In this document: positions 30,299-42,133 of the stretch, one piece after another
How positions within the stretch are numbered: the stretch's first letter is position 1
Layout of the letters: every line of letters begins with the position of its first letter
From: Promethearchaeota archaeon
Lineage (GTDB): Archaea > Asgardarchaeota > Lokiarchaeia > Sigyniarchaeales > SOKP01
Direction of reading: 5' to 3'
Assembly (NCBI GenBank): GCA_016839555.1
Contig: JAEOUA010000006.1
Location: 288,001-352,000 of the forward strand
DNA: 64,000 nt
Notes under the pieces: generated by a model
Databases searched by the model: none
Seen by the model: the letters and a program-made list of their open reading frames with translations, nothing else
Told to the model about the DNA's origin: nothing
Made by a program: the position numbers and the translations under genes

Positions 30299-30862
30299 AT
30301 GTTAAAAATTAAAACTCCGCAAGAAATTTTTGGAACGATCATTTATGTGTTAGTTGTAATTGCATGTATTATTACAATCACTGGTATTGTTTGGACGATT
30401 TTAGATATTATAATACCTGTAGGAAAAACATCGCTCTTTTTAAGTTTGAATTTAGGATTTCAAATAGCCATTATTGCTTCAGTTCTTGCAGCACTTTTAT
30501 TTATTATTATCTTATTTTATAGTTTATTTCAAAAAGGGCGTAAGGTAATCATTGAAATGATTTTTAAGAAAAAATTTATCCCAGCGGAATATAAAAACAG
30601 GACTGGGATAAAAATTGCTACAGGAGCAGTTATAATATGTATTTTCGCAGTAATTGTGGGGATTATTTATTCATTAATTTTGGAATTAACAGCAGATACA
30701 TCCTCATCTAAAATTCTTATAAACTTATCGGGAGGAGAAATTGTATTATTTATGGGAATATCTCTCTTTTTCTTGGATGCGTTATTTATATTTTTGATTT
30801 TATTATGGACTAATGGCTATTATTATATCCTCAGATTAGTTACAAATTTAGAAAAACAATAA
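30299..30862 (+). CDS. Hypothetical four-helix membrane protein
   Basis: Four hydrophobic segments arranged as two similar halves. Confidence 0.7.
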   Translation: MLKIKTPQEIFGTIIYVLVVIACIITITGIVWTILDIIIPVGKTSLFLSLNLGFQIAIIASVLAALLFIIILFYSLFQKGRKVIIEMIFKKKFIPAEYKNRTGIKIATGAVIICIFAVIVGIIYSLILELTADTSSSKILINLSGGEIVLFMGISLFFLDALFIFLILLWTNGYYYILRLVTNLEKQ

Positions 30863-30943
30863 AATTAATTTTTTTCTCTTTTGCACTATTTATAGACCAA
30901 ATTATTATAATAAAAAATAAAAGATGAATTTAAGATATTTTGA

Positions 30944-32095
30944 TTATCCAACAACCTTTCTAAATACCCTCAGAAAGTTATCACCAGCGATTTTTTGTAT
31001 ATCTTCATCAGAATAACCCCGATTTATTAATCCTTCAATTAAATTAGGAAATTTCGCATAATTTTCGAAACCTTTCATTTTGGTTAAGAAACTTGCTTTA
31101 TGTTCGGGACGAAAACCTAATATTTCTATGAATTCACCAATCTTTATTGCCAAATTATCGGGAACAGAAAAACCATAATAATCAGTGCCAATTCCGACGT
31201 AATCAATCCCAACAAGATTTGCAATGTAATCAATATGGTTTAACCAATGGTCTATTGTTATTTCGGCATCATCTCCAATAAAACCCGGTACCGTCAACAC
31301 ACCAATATAACCGCCCTTATCTGCTATATTTTTTATAATTTCATCCGTTTTCCCTCGATCATGTTCATATAGCTCTTTAGCAAAGGTATGAGAGGCTATT
31401 ACTGGATATTCGGACATTTCTATGGCGTCAAGAGTAGTTTGAATGCCGCAATGAGATACATCCACAATTGCTCCTAACTCATTCATTTTCTTTACTACAT
31501 CATTTCCAAATTCAGTTAAACCTCTATCTCTTCTTGCTGTACACCCTGTACCTACGGGATTTTTTGTATTATAAGTTAATTGCATCACTCTGACTCCCTG
31601 CATATAATATAATTTCACTAAATCAATATCTTCTCCAATATGTTGCATACTCTGAAAGTTTAAGATAATAGCTTTTTTTCCTTCTTTCTTTGCAGATATA
31701 ATATCATCAGATTTTAACACTTTCACGAGAAAATCACTTCTATGATCAAAAAGATAGGTCATAAATGAAAAGTTGTGAAAAACTCCTTCAAATGAATAAG
31801 GACTGGAATATAAAGGTCCAACAGTCCAACTCACACAATCAACATTTGATTTTTCCCAAGAATCTTTATAAATTTTATAGTAATCATTATCTAAAACCAC
31901 ATTTTCAGCAAATTTTATAACTATTTTAGGAATGATATCCCATGGATTCACACCCTCGGCAATCATATTATCAGAATACTTCACTAAATCCTCAGTCCAT
32001 GGAATGGGACCATGACTTAAAGTGTCAATTATAGTTAAAGATTCCAGAAGGTTTTTCAATCTTTCATGTTGTTCATTCATATTTAAATAAATCAC
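30944..32095 (-). CDS. Membrane dipeptidase (peptidase M19) family protein
   Basis: QLTYN, GLTEFG, VDVSH, ASH, GIDYVGIGTD, GDNFLRV. Confidence 0.88.
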   Translation of the reverse strand: MIYLNMNEQHERLKNLLESLTIIDTLSHGPIPWTEDLVKYSDNMIAEGVNPWDIIPKIVIKFAENVVLDNDYYKIYKDSWEKSNVDCVSWTVGPLYSSPYSFEGVFHNFSFMTYLFDHRSDFLVKVLKSDDIISAKKEGKKAIILNFQSMQHIGEDIDLVKLYYMQGVRVMQLTYNTKNPVGTGCTARRDRGLTEFGNDVVKKMNELGAIVDVSHCGIQTTLDAIEMSEYPVIASHTFAKELYEHDRGKTDEIIKNIADKGGYIGVLTVPGFIGDDAEITIDHWLNHIDYIANLVGIDYVGIGTDYYGFSVPDNLAIKIGEFIEILGFRPEHKASFLTKMKGFENYAKFPNLIEGLINRGYSDEDIQKIAGDNFLRVFRKVVG

Positions 32096-32236
32096 TATTT
32101 AGAATTAATAATTGTTATTTTCTATTATAATACCATAAATATATTATAAAATTTTGTTATATTCAATTTTTAGAAATTTTTTAAATCTTTTTAGATTCAT
32201 GCATTTAAATTATTAACTATTTTAAGAATTCATAAA

Positions 32237-34157
32237 ATGACTATTAGACCAAAAAAGGTTCTTTTGATTGGCGTAGATCAAGCAATCCCTTGTTTGATAG
32301 ATAAATTTGTTAATGAGGGAGCAATTCCTAATATTAAAAGCCTTATTGATGGAGGAATTAAAGGCGAGGCTTATTCTTGCCCACCATGTGATACTCCTAC
32401 GAATTGGAGCACTTTAGCAACGGGAGCCACAACTGCGGTGCATGGAGCGACTAGTTTTTATTTGCATATTCCCGGTGAACCATTAGACTATGGACTAAAA
32501 ATTCGTTCAAGATCCTCGCTCTCTAAATATTGTGGGGGAGAATATTTTTGGAATGCAGCAGATAAGCATGGATTAAAATCATTTGTATTAAATTATCCAG
32601 GTGGGTGGCCGGGTAATCTAAAAAATGGAGCAATCAGCTTGCTTACATGGCCTTTACCTGAATCAATTCCTTTAGAGCTAACTTTAAAGACAAAAAAAAA
32701 AATATAAAAAAACTAGCTCAAATTCTTCGCTCAAGATTATTCCAACAGAAAAATTTGAAGAATTTGAGGGAAAGTTCAAGAGTTCATCTCCCTTATTACA
32801 AATCTCTATAAAACTTGAACATGAAAAAATTAAAAACTTCCCGGAATTGAAAGCCTATATAATAGATACTGAAGGTTCAGGATATGATGCCTTAGCAATA
32901 AAATTGGGAAAGGAAAACAAATGGGAAATTTTAAAAAAAGACCAATGGAGCGATTGGATCTCAAATGACATTATAACAACCGAATATGAGAAATTGCCTT
33001 GTTTATTTAAAGTAAATATTAAAGAATTAAAATCTGATGGAAGTGCCCTTCATCTTCAATTTACAAGCATTTATAATACAAAAGGCTGGACTAATCCTGA
33101 ACATTTAGGAGAAAAAATAATCCGGAACGCCTTAATTTATGATCTTACTAGAGAGCAACAAAAAGTCGATTATATGATTTCGGGAGCCGTGAAATCATAT
33201 TTGGGAATAGCAAGAAATGAAGCTCTTAATATAGCTAATATCATCAAATATATGAAAAGTTATATGAATTGGGATGTGTGCTTTTTTCATATCCATTTAT
33301 TAGACAGTGTTAATCATCGCACATTAGGTAATGTCTATGAAGAGTCTCCTCTTTACACTGAACGAAAGGCAGAAAAATCTTGGGAACATATAAGAATTGC
33401 TTACCAAATTGTAGATGAATTAGTGAAAAGTTTAATGGATTCTGTCGTTGATGAAGAAACCGTAATAGTTTTTGTTGCGGATCATGGTGCAATACCTACT
33501 TGGAGAGTTGTAAATCCTCTTCCAGCTCTCATTAATGCGGATCTTCTAAGCTATAAAAAACCAGATGATAATGGTAACTGCGCTGTGGATTGGAGTAAAA
33601 CAAAGGCTTTTCCGTATTTAGAACCCCCCTATATCTGGGTTAATCTTAAAGGAAGAGATCCTACTGGTATTGTTGATCAAAGTGAGTACGAAACTGTGAG
33701 AGATCAAATCATTGAGGCTCTATATCAGTTGAGAGATCCTGATACAAATGAAAAAATTATAAAACTGGCAATAAAGAAAGAAGAAGCTGAGTATTTGGGA
33801 CAAAATGGAGAAAGAATTGGAGATGTGATTTATTTTTTAAATCCTTCCTACCAATTATTTGACTATAGATTGGAAAAATTGGATCCTTCTCTTCAGCCAA
33901 TTGATTTGTTAAAAAAGCCAGCAGCCTATGATGCGCAAGTCAATTGCGCTGCTCATGCTTACTTTCTTCCTGATGCTAAATTGGGGGACTTTTCAATAAG
34001 TGTTCCTTTAATAATTAAAGGTCCTGGTATAAAAAAAGGGGTGCAGATGAAAGATATAGTAGATTTAATTGATGTGGTACCAACTCTTGCTCATTTACTG
34101 GATATCCCTCAACCATCTACGTTTCAAGGAAAGATTCTACATCAAATAATGGAATAA
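32237..34157 (+). CDS. Alkaline-phosphatase-superfamily phosphodiesterase split by a frameshift at an A11 tract (32692-32702)
   Basis: The first part has GVDQ and DTPTNW; the second has DSVNH, ADHG, NLKGRDP and DVVPT. The second frame is open from the A tract through to 32847. Confidence 0.82.
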
Positions 34158-34364
34158 TTAATAAAGAACGTGAAGATTTTCCTTTTTTCGAAATCTGATG
34201 ATTTTTTATTCCATTTTCTTTTTTACTTTAAAAATTATTATATTCTAAATCCTAATTGACATTATTTTATAAAATTTAGAAAAAAAATATACCTTTAATT
34301 TAGATAAACTCTATTTTTAAATATTATAAGGATAAGAAAAAATTGTATAATCAAGCAAAAATAA

Positions 34365-35282
34365 GTGGTGAGGCAAACTATTAGTTATTATCTCTATTGG
34401 GGTGGGGTTTTTTCGGCTATTTTATCCGGAATGTTATCAAATTCGGGAACTATCATACAAAAAAAAGTAGTAAATAGGGTTATCAATAATCTCCCATCAA
34501 AAGAAAATATTATGAAATATCTCATCAAAGATAAAATATGGATTCTTGGATTAATAATAAATTTAGGAATTGGGACTATCTTTTATTTACTTGCTCAATC
34601 TTTGATCGGACCAGCGCTTATTCCAGGACTTATGGCATCAGGTCTAATAATTCTGGCAATAGGTTCCGTATTCGTTTTAAAAGAGAGTTTGAAGAAGAAG
34701 GAAATATTGGGAATTTTTTTAATGATTATTGGAATTACATTCCTAGGTTTTAGCAGACTTTCCATTGAAATTTCCAATAAAACTATTTGGGAATTCACTT
34801 TTTTATTTAGAGTCGCAATATTTACCCTAGTTTTATTTATAATATCAGTTTTACTTGACTTATTAAGTAGAAAATCTGAATCGTATCAAGGTATTCCCTT
34901 GGCAGTATTTTCAGGAAATATGTTCGCACTATCAAATTTATGGGTTTCTCTGCTTATAGGTACCATCAGTAAAGTTTTTGGAGGCACTTTTATACTGGGA
35001 GAATTATTTATATTTATTATCGCTTGCATTATTTTAATAGTCTCAAATATGTATGGCATTATGAAAATTCAGCAGGCATTCACAGTAGGGCAAGCAAGTA
35101 ATTTAATAGTTATTCAACAAATCCCTATTCAAATAGGTCCTATATTTATTTACTTTTTAGTGTTTTTAATGCCACTGACAGATGTTATTTCTATCATTTT
35201 TCTATTTCTCGCTATTTTCTTAATCATTATAAGTGCGTATCTATTAGGCAAGAGACAAGCAAAAATTGAGCAGATTGGATAA
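34365..35282 (+). CDS. DMT superfamily membrane transporter (NIPA/EamA-like)
   Basis: About 9 hydrophobic helices; GTIIQKK, WILG, LKESL..KEILG. Confidence 0.7.
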   Translation: MVRQTISYYLYWGGVFSAILSGMLSNSGTIIQKKVVNRVINNLPSKENIMKYLIKDKIWILGLIINLGIGTIFYLLAQSLIGPALIPGLMASGLIILAIGSVFVLKESLKKKEILGIFLMIIGITFLGFSRLSIEISNKTIWEFTFLFRVAIFTLVLFIISVLLDLLSRKSESYQGIPLAVFSGNMFALSNLWVSLLIGTISKVFGGTFILGELFIFIIACIILIVSNMYGIMKIQQAFTVGQASNLIVIQQIPIQIGPIFIYFLVFLMPLTDVISIIFLFLAIFLIIISAYLLGKRQAKIEQIG

Positions 35283-35369
35283 AGAATTGGTTTTATTAAC
35301 GTGAATATAAATTTTCTATAAATTATAAAATATTTTTAAAGACTAAAAAATAAAATTAGTAAAGGTAAT

Positions 35370-35690
35370 TGCCATTTAGGGAGACATGCTGGAGTTTATG
35401 ATCCACCTCGAAACGTAATTGAAGCTATAAGAAAGAATGACTTCGTAGAAATGCGAAGAAATAGGAATTATGCTTATTGCTGTGGTGCGGGAGGAGGGGT
35501 TAAATCTGCTTTTCCGGAATTGGCTTTAGAAATTGCAGAAGATAGGATTAGAGAAGCAGAAGATACGGGAGCAGAATATTTGACCACTACTTGTCCTTTT
35601 TATTTAAATAATTTACAACAGGCTGCAAATGAAATAAATTCAAAACTTAAAGTTGTTGACCTTCTTGAATTATTTAATAGAGCAATTTAA
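35370..35690 (+). pseudogene. 3' remnant of a CCG-domain (HdrD/GlpC-like) Fe-S oxidoreductase
   Basis: CHLGRHAGVYDPPR..EMRRNR..CCGAGGG..TCPFY; no YHDP upstream; in-frame TAA at 35337; CPFC changed to CPFY. Confidence 0.75.
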
Positions 35691-35699
35691 TTTATTTTT

Positions 35700-36716
35700 T
35701 TACTCTTTTTTTATATATCCGTGATTGCGAAACCATTCAATTTGATCCTTAATAGCAAGTCTAATATTGGTCCTAGGCATATTCAGTTCGTTCCAGGCTT
35801 TTGAACAATCAAAGATGCGATACTTTGCAGCAGCGACACTTTCTAACGGAGTTTTTGGCAATTTATGCTTTATATTACATGAATAAAATTCATCGAAAAA
35901 AGCAAATGCTTCAGCCAAAATTTTTGGAAAGGAAAAAAATGGAGCTTTTTTACCTCCTACATCCGCAATTAATCTTAAAAAATCCCTGAATGACATATTT
36001 CTATTTCCTGCAATATATCGCTCTCCGGATTTTCCATTTTTAATAGCCAGAACATGAGCGGCGGCCACATCCTTTACATGCACAATATTCATTTTTGTAT
36101 CAACAAACCCGGGCATTTTTCCATTCATAAAATCTTGAATAATTCTACCAGTTGGAGTAGGTTTTACATCATATGGTCCGATAGGAACGGTAGGCAAGAT
36201 AGAACAAGTGGAAAGGTCTTTTCGATGCCATTTCAACGCTATTAATTCTCCAAGGTACTTCGATCGCTTATAATGTCCCGGTAATTCTTCGTCAGTTGCA
36301 AAAAGTTTTTCATCTCCAAGAGAACCATCAGAGGGCATACCAATCGCACTTTCTGAACTAGTAAATATCACTTTTTTTATACCTTTTACTCTGGCAGTTC
36401 TCATTAGTCTATCTGTAGCCCATACATTTACTTCATACATTTGTTCTATTTGTTTAGGATCTGCCCAAAACCAAATTGGTAGAAAGATATATAAAGCTCC
36501 AGCATGGATGATATACTCGCAACCATCCATTGCCTTAGCCAGTGAATTTATGTCCCTTAAATCGCCATAAGCATATTCTATTGGTAGTCCATTAATAGTT
36601 TGAAGATTAGAGGTTTCCCTCACAAAAGCTCTTACTTCATAATCTTCTTCTAAAGCCGCTCGGACAATGTTTGCCCCAATGAACCCATTAGCACCTGTGA
36701 TTAATACTTTTGACAT
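35700..36716 (-). CDS. Extended SDR NAD-dependent epimerase/dehydrogenase (HpnA / dihydroflavonol reductase-like)
   Basis: TGANGFIG, YKRSK, GPYDVKPTPTG, VHVKDVA, GERYI. Confidence 0.88.
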   Translation of the reverse strand: MSKVLITGANGFIGANIVRAALEEDYEVRAFVRETSNLQTINGLPIEYAYGDLRDINSLAKAMDGCEYIIHAGALYIFLPIWFWADPKQIEQMYEVNVWATDRLMRTARVKGIKKVIFTSSESAIGMPSDGSLGDEKLFATDEELPGHYKRSKYLGELIALKWHRKDLSTCSILPTVPIGPYDVKPTPTGRIIQDFMNGKMPGFVDTKMNIVHVKDVAAAHVLAIKNGKSGERYIAGNRNMSFRDFLRLIADVGGKKAPFFSFPKILAEAFAFFDEFYSCNIKHKLPKTPLESVAAAKYRIFDCSKAWNELNMPRTNIRLAIKDQIEWFRNHGYIKKE

Positions 36717-36794
36717 AATATCTCATGATTTCTCAAGAGTTTTAAATATGATGATAAAAATTTTTGTTTAATTTAAATATTTCAATTATCATTA

Positions 36795-38381
36795 CTATTC
36801 AAAATCTTGGATATATGGTTTACCCATTTCTAAACAAAATTCAGCTTTACTAAGTTCTCTCCCCAAATAATTAAGATGTTGAGAATGATCCGTTAATTGT
36901 AAATCAATTATACACTTACTTATATCTTCTGCATTTGTTCCAATTATAGTTTTAATTAAATCGTGGGAATTAGAATAAAACAGTATATAAATTTTTTTTT
37001 TATAGTGATTGACATAAATTTTAAAATATCCCTTTTTATCAGGCTCATAGGATGGATCTCTTTTATTAATAATGATTGGATTTTCATTTAAATCTATTCT
37101 CGGCATTTTCTGACTGGTTTTTCCTTTCGCTTTAAATATTTGAATGCCCTGGTTGATAGGGGGTGATTTTTTATATTTTGAGACATAATTTAATTTTACA
37201 GCTTCTTTTAATTCTTTCACGCCACCCATTAATTTTGTACTATGCTCTACTGTAAAAAGAATTCCCATATCTAATTCAACAGCTATACTTGCTAATAATC
37301 CATTAATACCTACTGAATCTATATCCATCAATTCAACCACATTTGAAATCCCAAAAAACATCGGTAATTCGAATTTTTTGAATTCGTCTTGCTGAACCTT
37401 TTTGCGATATAAGAAATATGTGGTAAGTGAAGGTACGATTCCGGGTGAAATAGGTGTTTCCAATAAGGGATCGGCGATTAATTTAGTAAAGCCTAAGTTA
37501 AACATTTTTTCAGTGAGAGTAAATAAATTTTGGACACGAGTCTGAGGATCTTCGGGAAAATAACCCTTATTAATATTGGTTGGTAAAATTACAATCGGAA
37601 TATCTTTTGGAATACTAATGAATTCTTTATAATTACCAATATCAAGACTTAGTATCATATCTATTTTTTCCTCTACAGCTGAATGGATTTCTTCAGTATT
37701 CATAGAATCTATGCTTAGAAGTATATTAAAATTGGATTGTAATAATTTAATAATTTCTTTTACTCGACTGGGTTTGGGTTTATTTGCGATGCATCCAATA
37801 TCTATTATATCAGCCCCAGAATCTATATAATGTTGTGCTTTCTTAATAATTGATTTATCAGACTTTTTTGTGCAATTTACTATTTCTGCGATTATTGGAG
37901 GAGGCAAATCCCTTCCAATCATTATATCGCTAACTTTTTTATTGATATAATAATTTGCTTGATCTATATTTTTTTTGGCATTATTAATTTGATCTTGAAC
38001 TATTTTTTGATATTCAGTTTCTCCAGTTAATTTGAGTTGTTTATCTGCTGGAAGTTCGGTGGAGAGTTCAATACTCTCTATATTTTCCAAAATTAATGGA
38101 AGGTCAGAAGCAAATTCCGGGCCTTTTCTTATGGAAATAGAAAATTGTTCTTCAAGATTTTTAGAACTCCATTGTATAAATCCAGGAAGTAATACTAAAT
38201 CATAGGATGAAAGATCTATAGACTTTAAAGCTTGTTTCGCTAATTTTTGAGTTATAAATGCCGAAATAGAAATAGGTACTTTATATACATTAATCTGATG
38301 TCCTTTAATTGAATTTGAAATTTTTTTTAATATAGAATAACTTTGTTGTCCAGTTAAGATCAATATATTAATAGAAATCAC
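36795..38381 (-). CDS. Dihydropteroate-synthase-like protein (methanopterin-linked, TIGR00284 type) with C-terminal DUF4346-like domain
   Basis: ILTG, VLLPG, KGP..ASDLP, GADIIDIG, SIDS, IADP, N..EL.D.DS.G.N, DKKGYF..HLNYLGREL. Confidence 0.82.
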   Translation of the reverse strand: MISINILILTGQQSYSILKKISNSIKGHQINVYKVPISISAFITQKLAKQALKSIDLSSYDLVLLPGFIQWSSKNLEEQFSISIRKGPEFASDLPLILENIESIELSTELPADKQLKLTGETEYQKIVQDQINNAKKNIDQANYYINKKVSDIMIGRDLPPPIIAEIVNCTKKSDKSIIKKAQHYIDSGADIIDIGCIANKPKPSRVKEIIKLLQSNFNILLSIDSMNTEEIHSAVEEKIDMILSLDIGNYKEFISIPKDIPIVILPTNINKGYFPEDPQTRVQNLFTLTEKMFNLGFTKLIADPLLETPISPGIVPSLTTYFLYRKKVQQDEFKKFELPMFFGISNVVELMDIDSVGINGLLASIAVELDMGILFTVEHSTKLMGGVKELKEAVKLNYVSKYKKSPPINQGIQIFKAKGKTSQKMPRIDLNENPIIINKRDPSYEPDKKGYFKIYVNHYKKKIYILFYSNSHDLIKTIIGTNAEDISKCIIDLQLTDHSQHLNYLGRELSKAEFCLEMGKPYIQDFE

Positions 38382-38631
38382 TAACCTTTTTTACTTTTTT
38401 TAGATAAGAGATTTAATAATTCATTTTATGTAAGATTACCGTTAAATAAAATCTGATGTTTTTAATATATTCTTCTATTATTATTCAATCTACGATATTG
38501 GTAATTATAATCGATTGATTGCAAATATAATCTCGTATGATAAAAATATGAAAAAATAAATGATAAATTTCTCAAACTTGAACTTGATTATCTAATAACT
38601 AATAAATAAATAAATAAAAAAATTTTAATAT

Positions 38632-40107
38632 TTACATTTGGACTGCTGCTTTTAGCCCTAATCCTTTAGCGACTCTATCTCCCCAAGTTTCATCAGCTTT
38701 ATAGAAATAAGTTAGCATCCTTTCTTGGATAAACGTAGGTACGGTTTTAAGACTATTAACCAGATTTTGTATAAGACGATCTTGTTCATCTGCTGGCATT
38801 AATCTATAGAGATTTCCAGGCTGTATAAAATCAGCATCTACTCTGGGTTGTCCATATCTATCAGCATCTCCAGAAATTTTTAGTGGAGGTTCTTTAAATT
38901 TAGGATCCTCTTTAGGACCTCCGAAGCTATTGGGTTCATACACAGGAGAAGCTCCTGCATTATCGTCAAATCTCATAAAGCCATCACGATGATAGGTATT
39001 TACTTTTGCATTCTTTGGTCTATTTACCGGTAATGACTGATAATTTACTCCTAATCGGTAGCGATGAGCATCTGCATACGAGAAGAGTCTTCCTTGTAGC
39101 ATTTTATCTGGTGAGAACGAAATTCCGGGAACCTTATTAGAAGGATCGAATGCTGCTTGTTCTATTTCTGCAAAATAGTTTTTTGGATTCTTATTTAATT
39201 CCATTATTCCTACTTTTATTAATGGATAATCTCCATGGGGCCAAACCTTAGTTAAATCAAAAGGGTTCCATTCATAAGTTTCTGCTTCTAATTCTGGCAT
39301 TATTTGGACACTAAGTTCCCATTTTGGATAATCTCCACGCTCAATTCTCTCATATAAATCGCGTGTCGCCCAGTCCGGATCAATACCTGCAATTTTATCT
39401 GCTTCTTCTTGCATAAAATTTTTAATGCCTTGTAATGTTTTAAAATGAAATTTGACCCAGAAACGCTCATTATCTGCATTTATAAAACTATAGGTATGGC
39501 TTCCATATCCATTCATGTGGGTAAATCCATAGGGAATGCCTCGGTCCGAGAAAAGAATAGTGACTTGATGTAGGGACTCGGGAACTAATGACCAGAAATC
39601 CCACCACATCGTTTGGGAGCGTAGATTATTTTTAGGCATCCGTTTTTGAGTGTGAATAAAATCACTGAATTTTAAAGGATCTCTGACAAAAAACACAGGT
39701 GTGTTATTTCCTACTAAGTCCCAGTTGCCTTCCTCTGTGTAAAATTTAAGCGCAAAACCTCTCACATCTCTTACTGTATCCGCTGAACCTCTTTCTCCTG
39801 CTACAGTCGAAAATCTAGCTAATACCTCTGTTTCTTTCCCGACTTCTGAGAATATTTTTGCCTTAGTATATTTTGTTATATCATGTGTCACGGTAAACGT
39901 ACCATACGCTCCTGCTCCTTTTGCATGAACAACTCGTTCTGGTATTCTTTCTCTAGCAAATGTCGCTAATTTCTCCATTAAATGTACATCTTGCATGAGA
40001 ATTGGGCCTCTTTCACCAGCAGTTATTGAATTTTGATTATCTTCTATGGGAGCGCCTCCAGCAGTAGTTAGGGTATCTTTACTTTTTTTAGGTTCTTTAT
40101 ATTCCAT
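38632..40107 (-). CDS. katA: Monofunctional heme catalase (small-subunit clade)
   Basis: [43 protein letters not shown]. Confidence 0.96.
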   Translation of the reverse strand: MEYKEPKKSKDTLTTAGGAPIEDNQNSITAGERGPILMQDVHLMEKLATFARERIPERVVHAKGAGAYGTFTVTHDITKYTKAKIFSEVGKETEVLARFSTVAGERGSADTVRDVRGFALKFYTEEGNWDLVGNNTPVFFVRDPLKFSDFIHTQKRMPKNNLRSQTMWWDFWSLVPESLHQVTILFSDRGIPYGFTHMNGYGSHTYSFINADNERFWVKFHFKTLQGIKNFMQEEADKIAGIDPDWATRDLYERIERGDYPKWELSVQIMPELEAETYEWNPFDLTKVWPHGDYPLIKVGIMELNKNPKNYFAEIEQAAFDPSNKVPGISFSPDKMLQGRLFSYADAHRYRLGVNYQSLPVNRPKNAKVNTYHRDGFMRFDDNAGASPVYEPNSFGGPKEDPKFKEPPLKISGDADRYGQPRVDADFIQPGNLYRLMPADEQDRLIQNLVNSLKTVPTFIQERMLTYFYKADETWGDRVAKGLGLKAAVQM

Positions 40108-40383
40108 ATATTTCCTCTCTAATTTTAATTATTGGTTCAATGGTGTAAAGGATAACTATGTATTTAAGCAATCTTCTTTTAATTTATTAATTTTAAAAAT
40201 AAAAACAAGATACAAATAAAAATAAATAATTAATCAAATTATGAAAATAAATTATAATTATAACCTTTATAAGCTTTCAGATAATGCTGTTGATTTTTTT
40301 ATATTGTAATAAGGTAGTTTTGAACTATCTTTAATCTTTGTTTGTTTTATACTTAATCTGTTTAAATATCAAAATTTAATCTT

Positions 40384-41490
40384 TTATTTATTGTTCTTAC
40401 GATTTAAATAGTCTTTTTTGAATGGAATGAAGATATCGTCTAAAATTGATCCTGATGCGTGATTTAATTCTAAATTATTAACAATGGGTTTATATTTCCC
40501 TCCTAATAAACCATCAGCTATATAGGCGGCTCCTTGGGCGGCTCTCTTTGCTATTTGACTATAAGTTTTCATTAATCTTACAGGTATAAAATCATTTAAA
40601 GCATCATAGATGTTATGTTGAATATAATTAATGTTTGCACCCCTCCCTGCTAATAATATTTCTTTTTTTTTTTCTTTTTCTGAAAATGAGGAGGAAATAG
40701 AATATACTGCTTTTTGAACGCTTGAAATGTAAGCTTGGAAGGCAATTCGGGTTTGTTCATCCTTTTCTGCCAAGAGTGAGATTTCTTTCAAGCTTAAATC
40801 TGAATACCCTGCAATATAAGCTACACCACCTTTATATATATTTTCCTTCTTGATTTCTTTTATTAAATACGCTAATTCTCCATCTAAACTTCCACAGGCT
40901 CTAAATCCCATTATATTTGATCCCCCAATTCCATCAATGATTTTTCCGTTTTCAATCGCTAATACAGCAGTAAATCCATATCCAATTTCAACCATGATGA
41001 AATTTGTTCTTTCAGGAGGGAGATTATAGGTTTCCATTTGATCTTTTATTCCCACCACAGCGGTACATAATTTATCTGCAGTCCCCATATCGATTTTATT
41101 GATTTTTCGATATCTCGGTACGGTTGAGAGATGTTTTACGCCGGGAACCATGACACCGGGAATATTTTCTTTTTTAATTAATCTTAATATTTCTCCTAAT
41201 CCTAGTAATTCTTCTTTTTCTTTTTTCTGGAATTTTAATAAGGTTAAGAAAATATCTTTTTCGGTAAGTTCAGAACTTTTTCTTAAAGGTAATCCAAATC
41301 CACTAGGAGCAACCATTAAATCAATCTTATGTTTTTTATGTAATGATTTGATAACAGTAATACATTTACGGGGCTCTCGTATTATATCTTTAGTTGGAAT
41401 AGATGTATCTAATATGATCTGATCATCATTTAAACCGAAAAAATCCCAACTTAGGGAGCCAGGATCGATACCTAAGACGGTTTTAGTCAT
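40384..41490 (-). CDS. DUF1464 family protein (ASKHA fold, butyrate-kinase related)
   Basis: GIDPGS, APSGFG, PGVKHL, DMGTADK, DGIGG, AAQGAA. Confidence 0.82.
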   Translation of the reverse strand: MTKTVLGIDPGSLSWDFFGLNDDQIILDTSIPTKDIIREPRKCITVIKSLHKKHKIDLMVAPSGFGLPLRKSSELTEKDIFLTLLKFQKKEKEELLGLGEILRLIKKENIPGVMVPGVKHLSTVPRYRKINKIDMGTADKLCTAVVGIKDQMETYNLPPERTNFIMVEIGYGFTAVLAIENGKIIDGIGGSNIMGFRACGSLDGELAYLIKEIKKENIYKGGVAYIAGYSDLSLKEISLLAEKDEQTRIAFQAYISSVQKAVYSISSSFSEKEKKKEILLAGRGANINYIQHNIYDALNDFIPVRLMKTYSQIAKRAAQGAAYIADGLLGGKYKPIVNNLELNHASGSILDDIFIPFKKDYLNRKNNK

Positions 41491-41528
41491 TTGGAAAAAA
41501 ATATAATATTATATATATAAAATTCAAT

Positions 41529-41933
41529 TTAAAGTGTAAAAACTTTTTTTGCTTCGGCTATTGCATCTACTAAGTCATTTAATTCTAACTTTTCTAAACC
41601 TTCCGGTATATCAAATTTTGGTGGTTTTCCGCCTAATAATTTCATCCATGCTTGACAAGCATATAATGGAATTCCCATACCTTTAGCATGTTTAATTAGG
41701 TCGAAAGGGTCTATAGAAACTCCCATTTCAGCTGCATTTTTTTTGATGTCTTCGGAATATGGCTCCAAACCCTCTGGAAACCTGAATTTCTTGTCGATGA
41801 GTCCTGCTAATCCTTCTTGCATAAAAACAATTGATATATCGTCGCCTTTCTTCTTTGTATTGATTGCAATTACGAGAGCACTTAAGTAAGAATTAATTTT
41901 AGCCTCCTTACATATTATAATTGTATCTACCAT
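41529..41933 (-). CDS. DsrE/DsrF-like protein
   Basis: IVFMQEGL, GIPLYACQ. Confidence 0.65.
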   Translation of the reverse strand: MVDTIIICKEAKINSYLSALVIAINTKKKGDDISIVFMQEGLAGLIDKKFRFPEGLEPYSEDIKKNAAEMGVSIDPFDLIKHAKGMGIPLYACQAWMKLLGGKPPKFDIPEGLEKLELNDLVDAIAEAKKVFTL

Positions 41934-42133
41934 TTTATTTCATCTAATAGAGTATATTATTATAATTATTTGTTTTTATTTTCAAATTATCATTATAATT
42001 ACATGTATTTTAAAAGTTAAATCTTTAGAAATTATTTCGAAAGCTTTTCTCAAAAATTTTTAATATTAAGATTTTTTTCATTCAATGATCTATTCATATT
42101 AGATAATAATATATTTAAATTGGAGAAGTTCAT

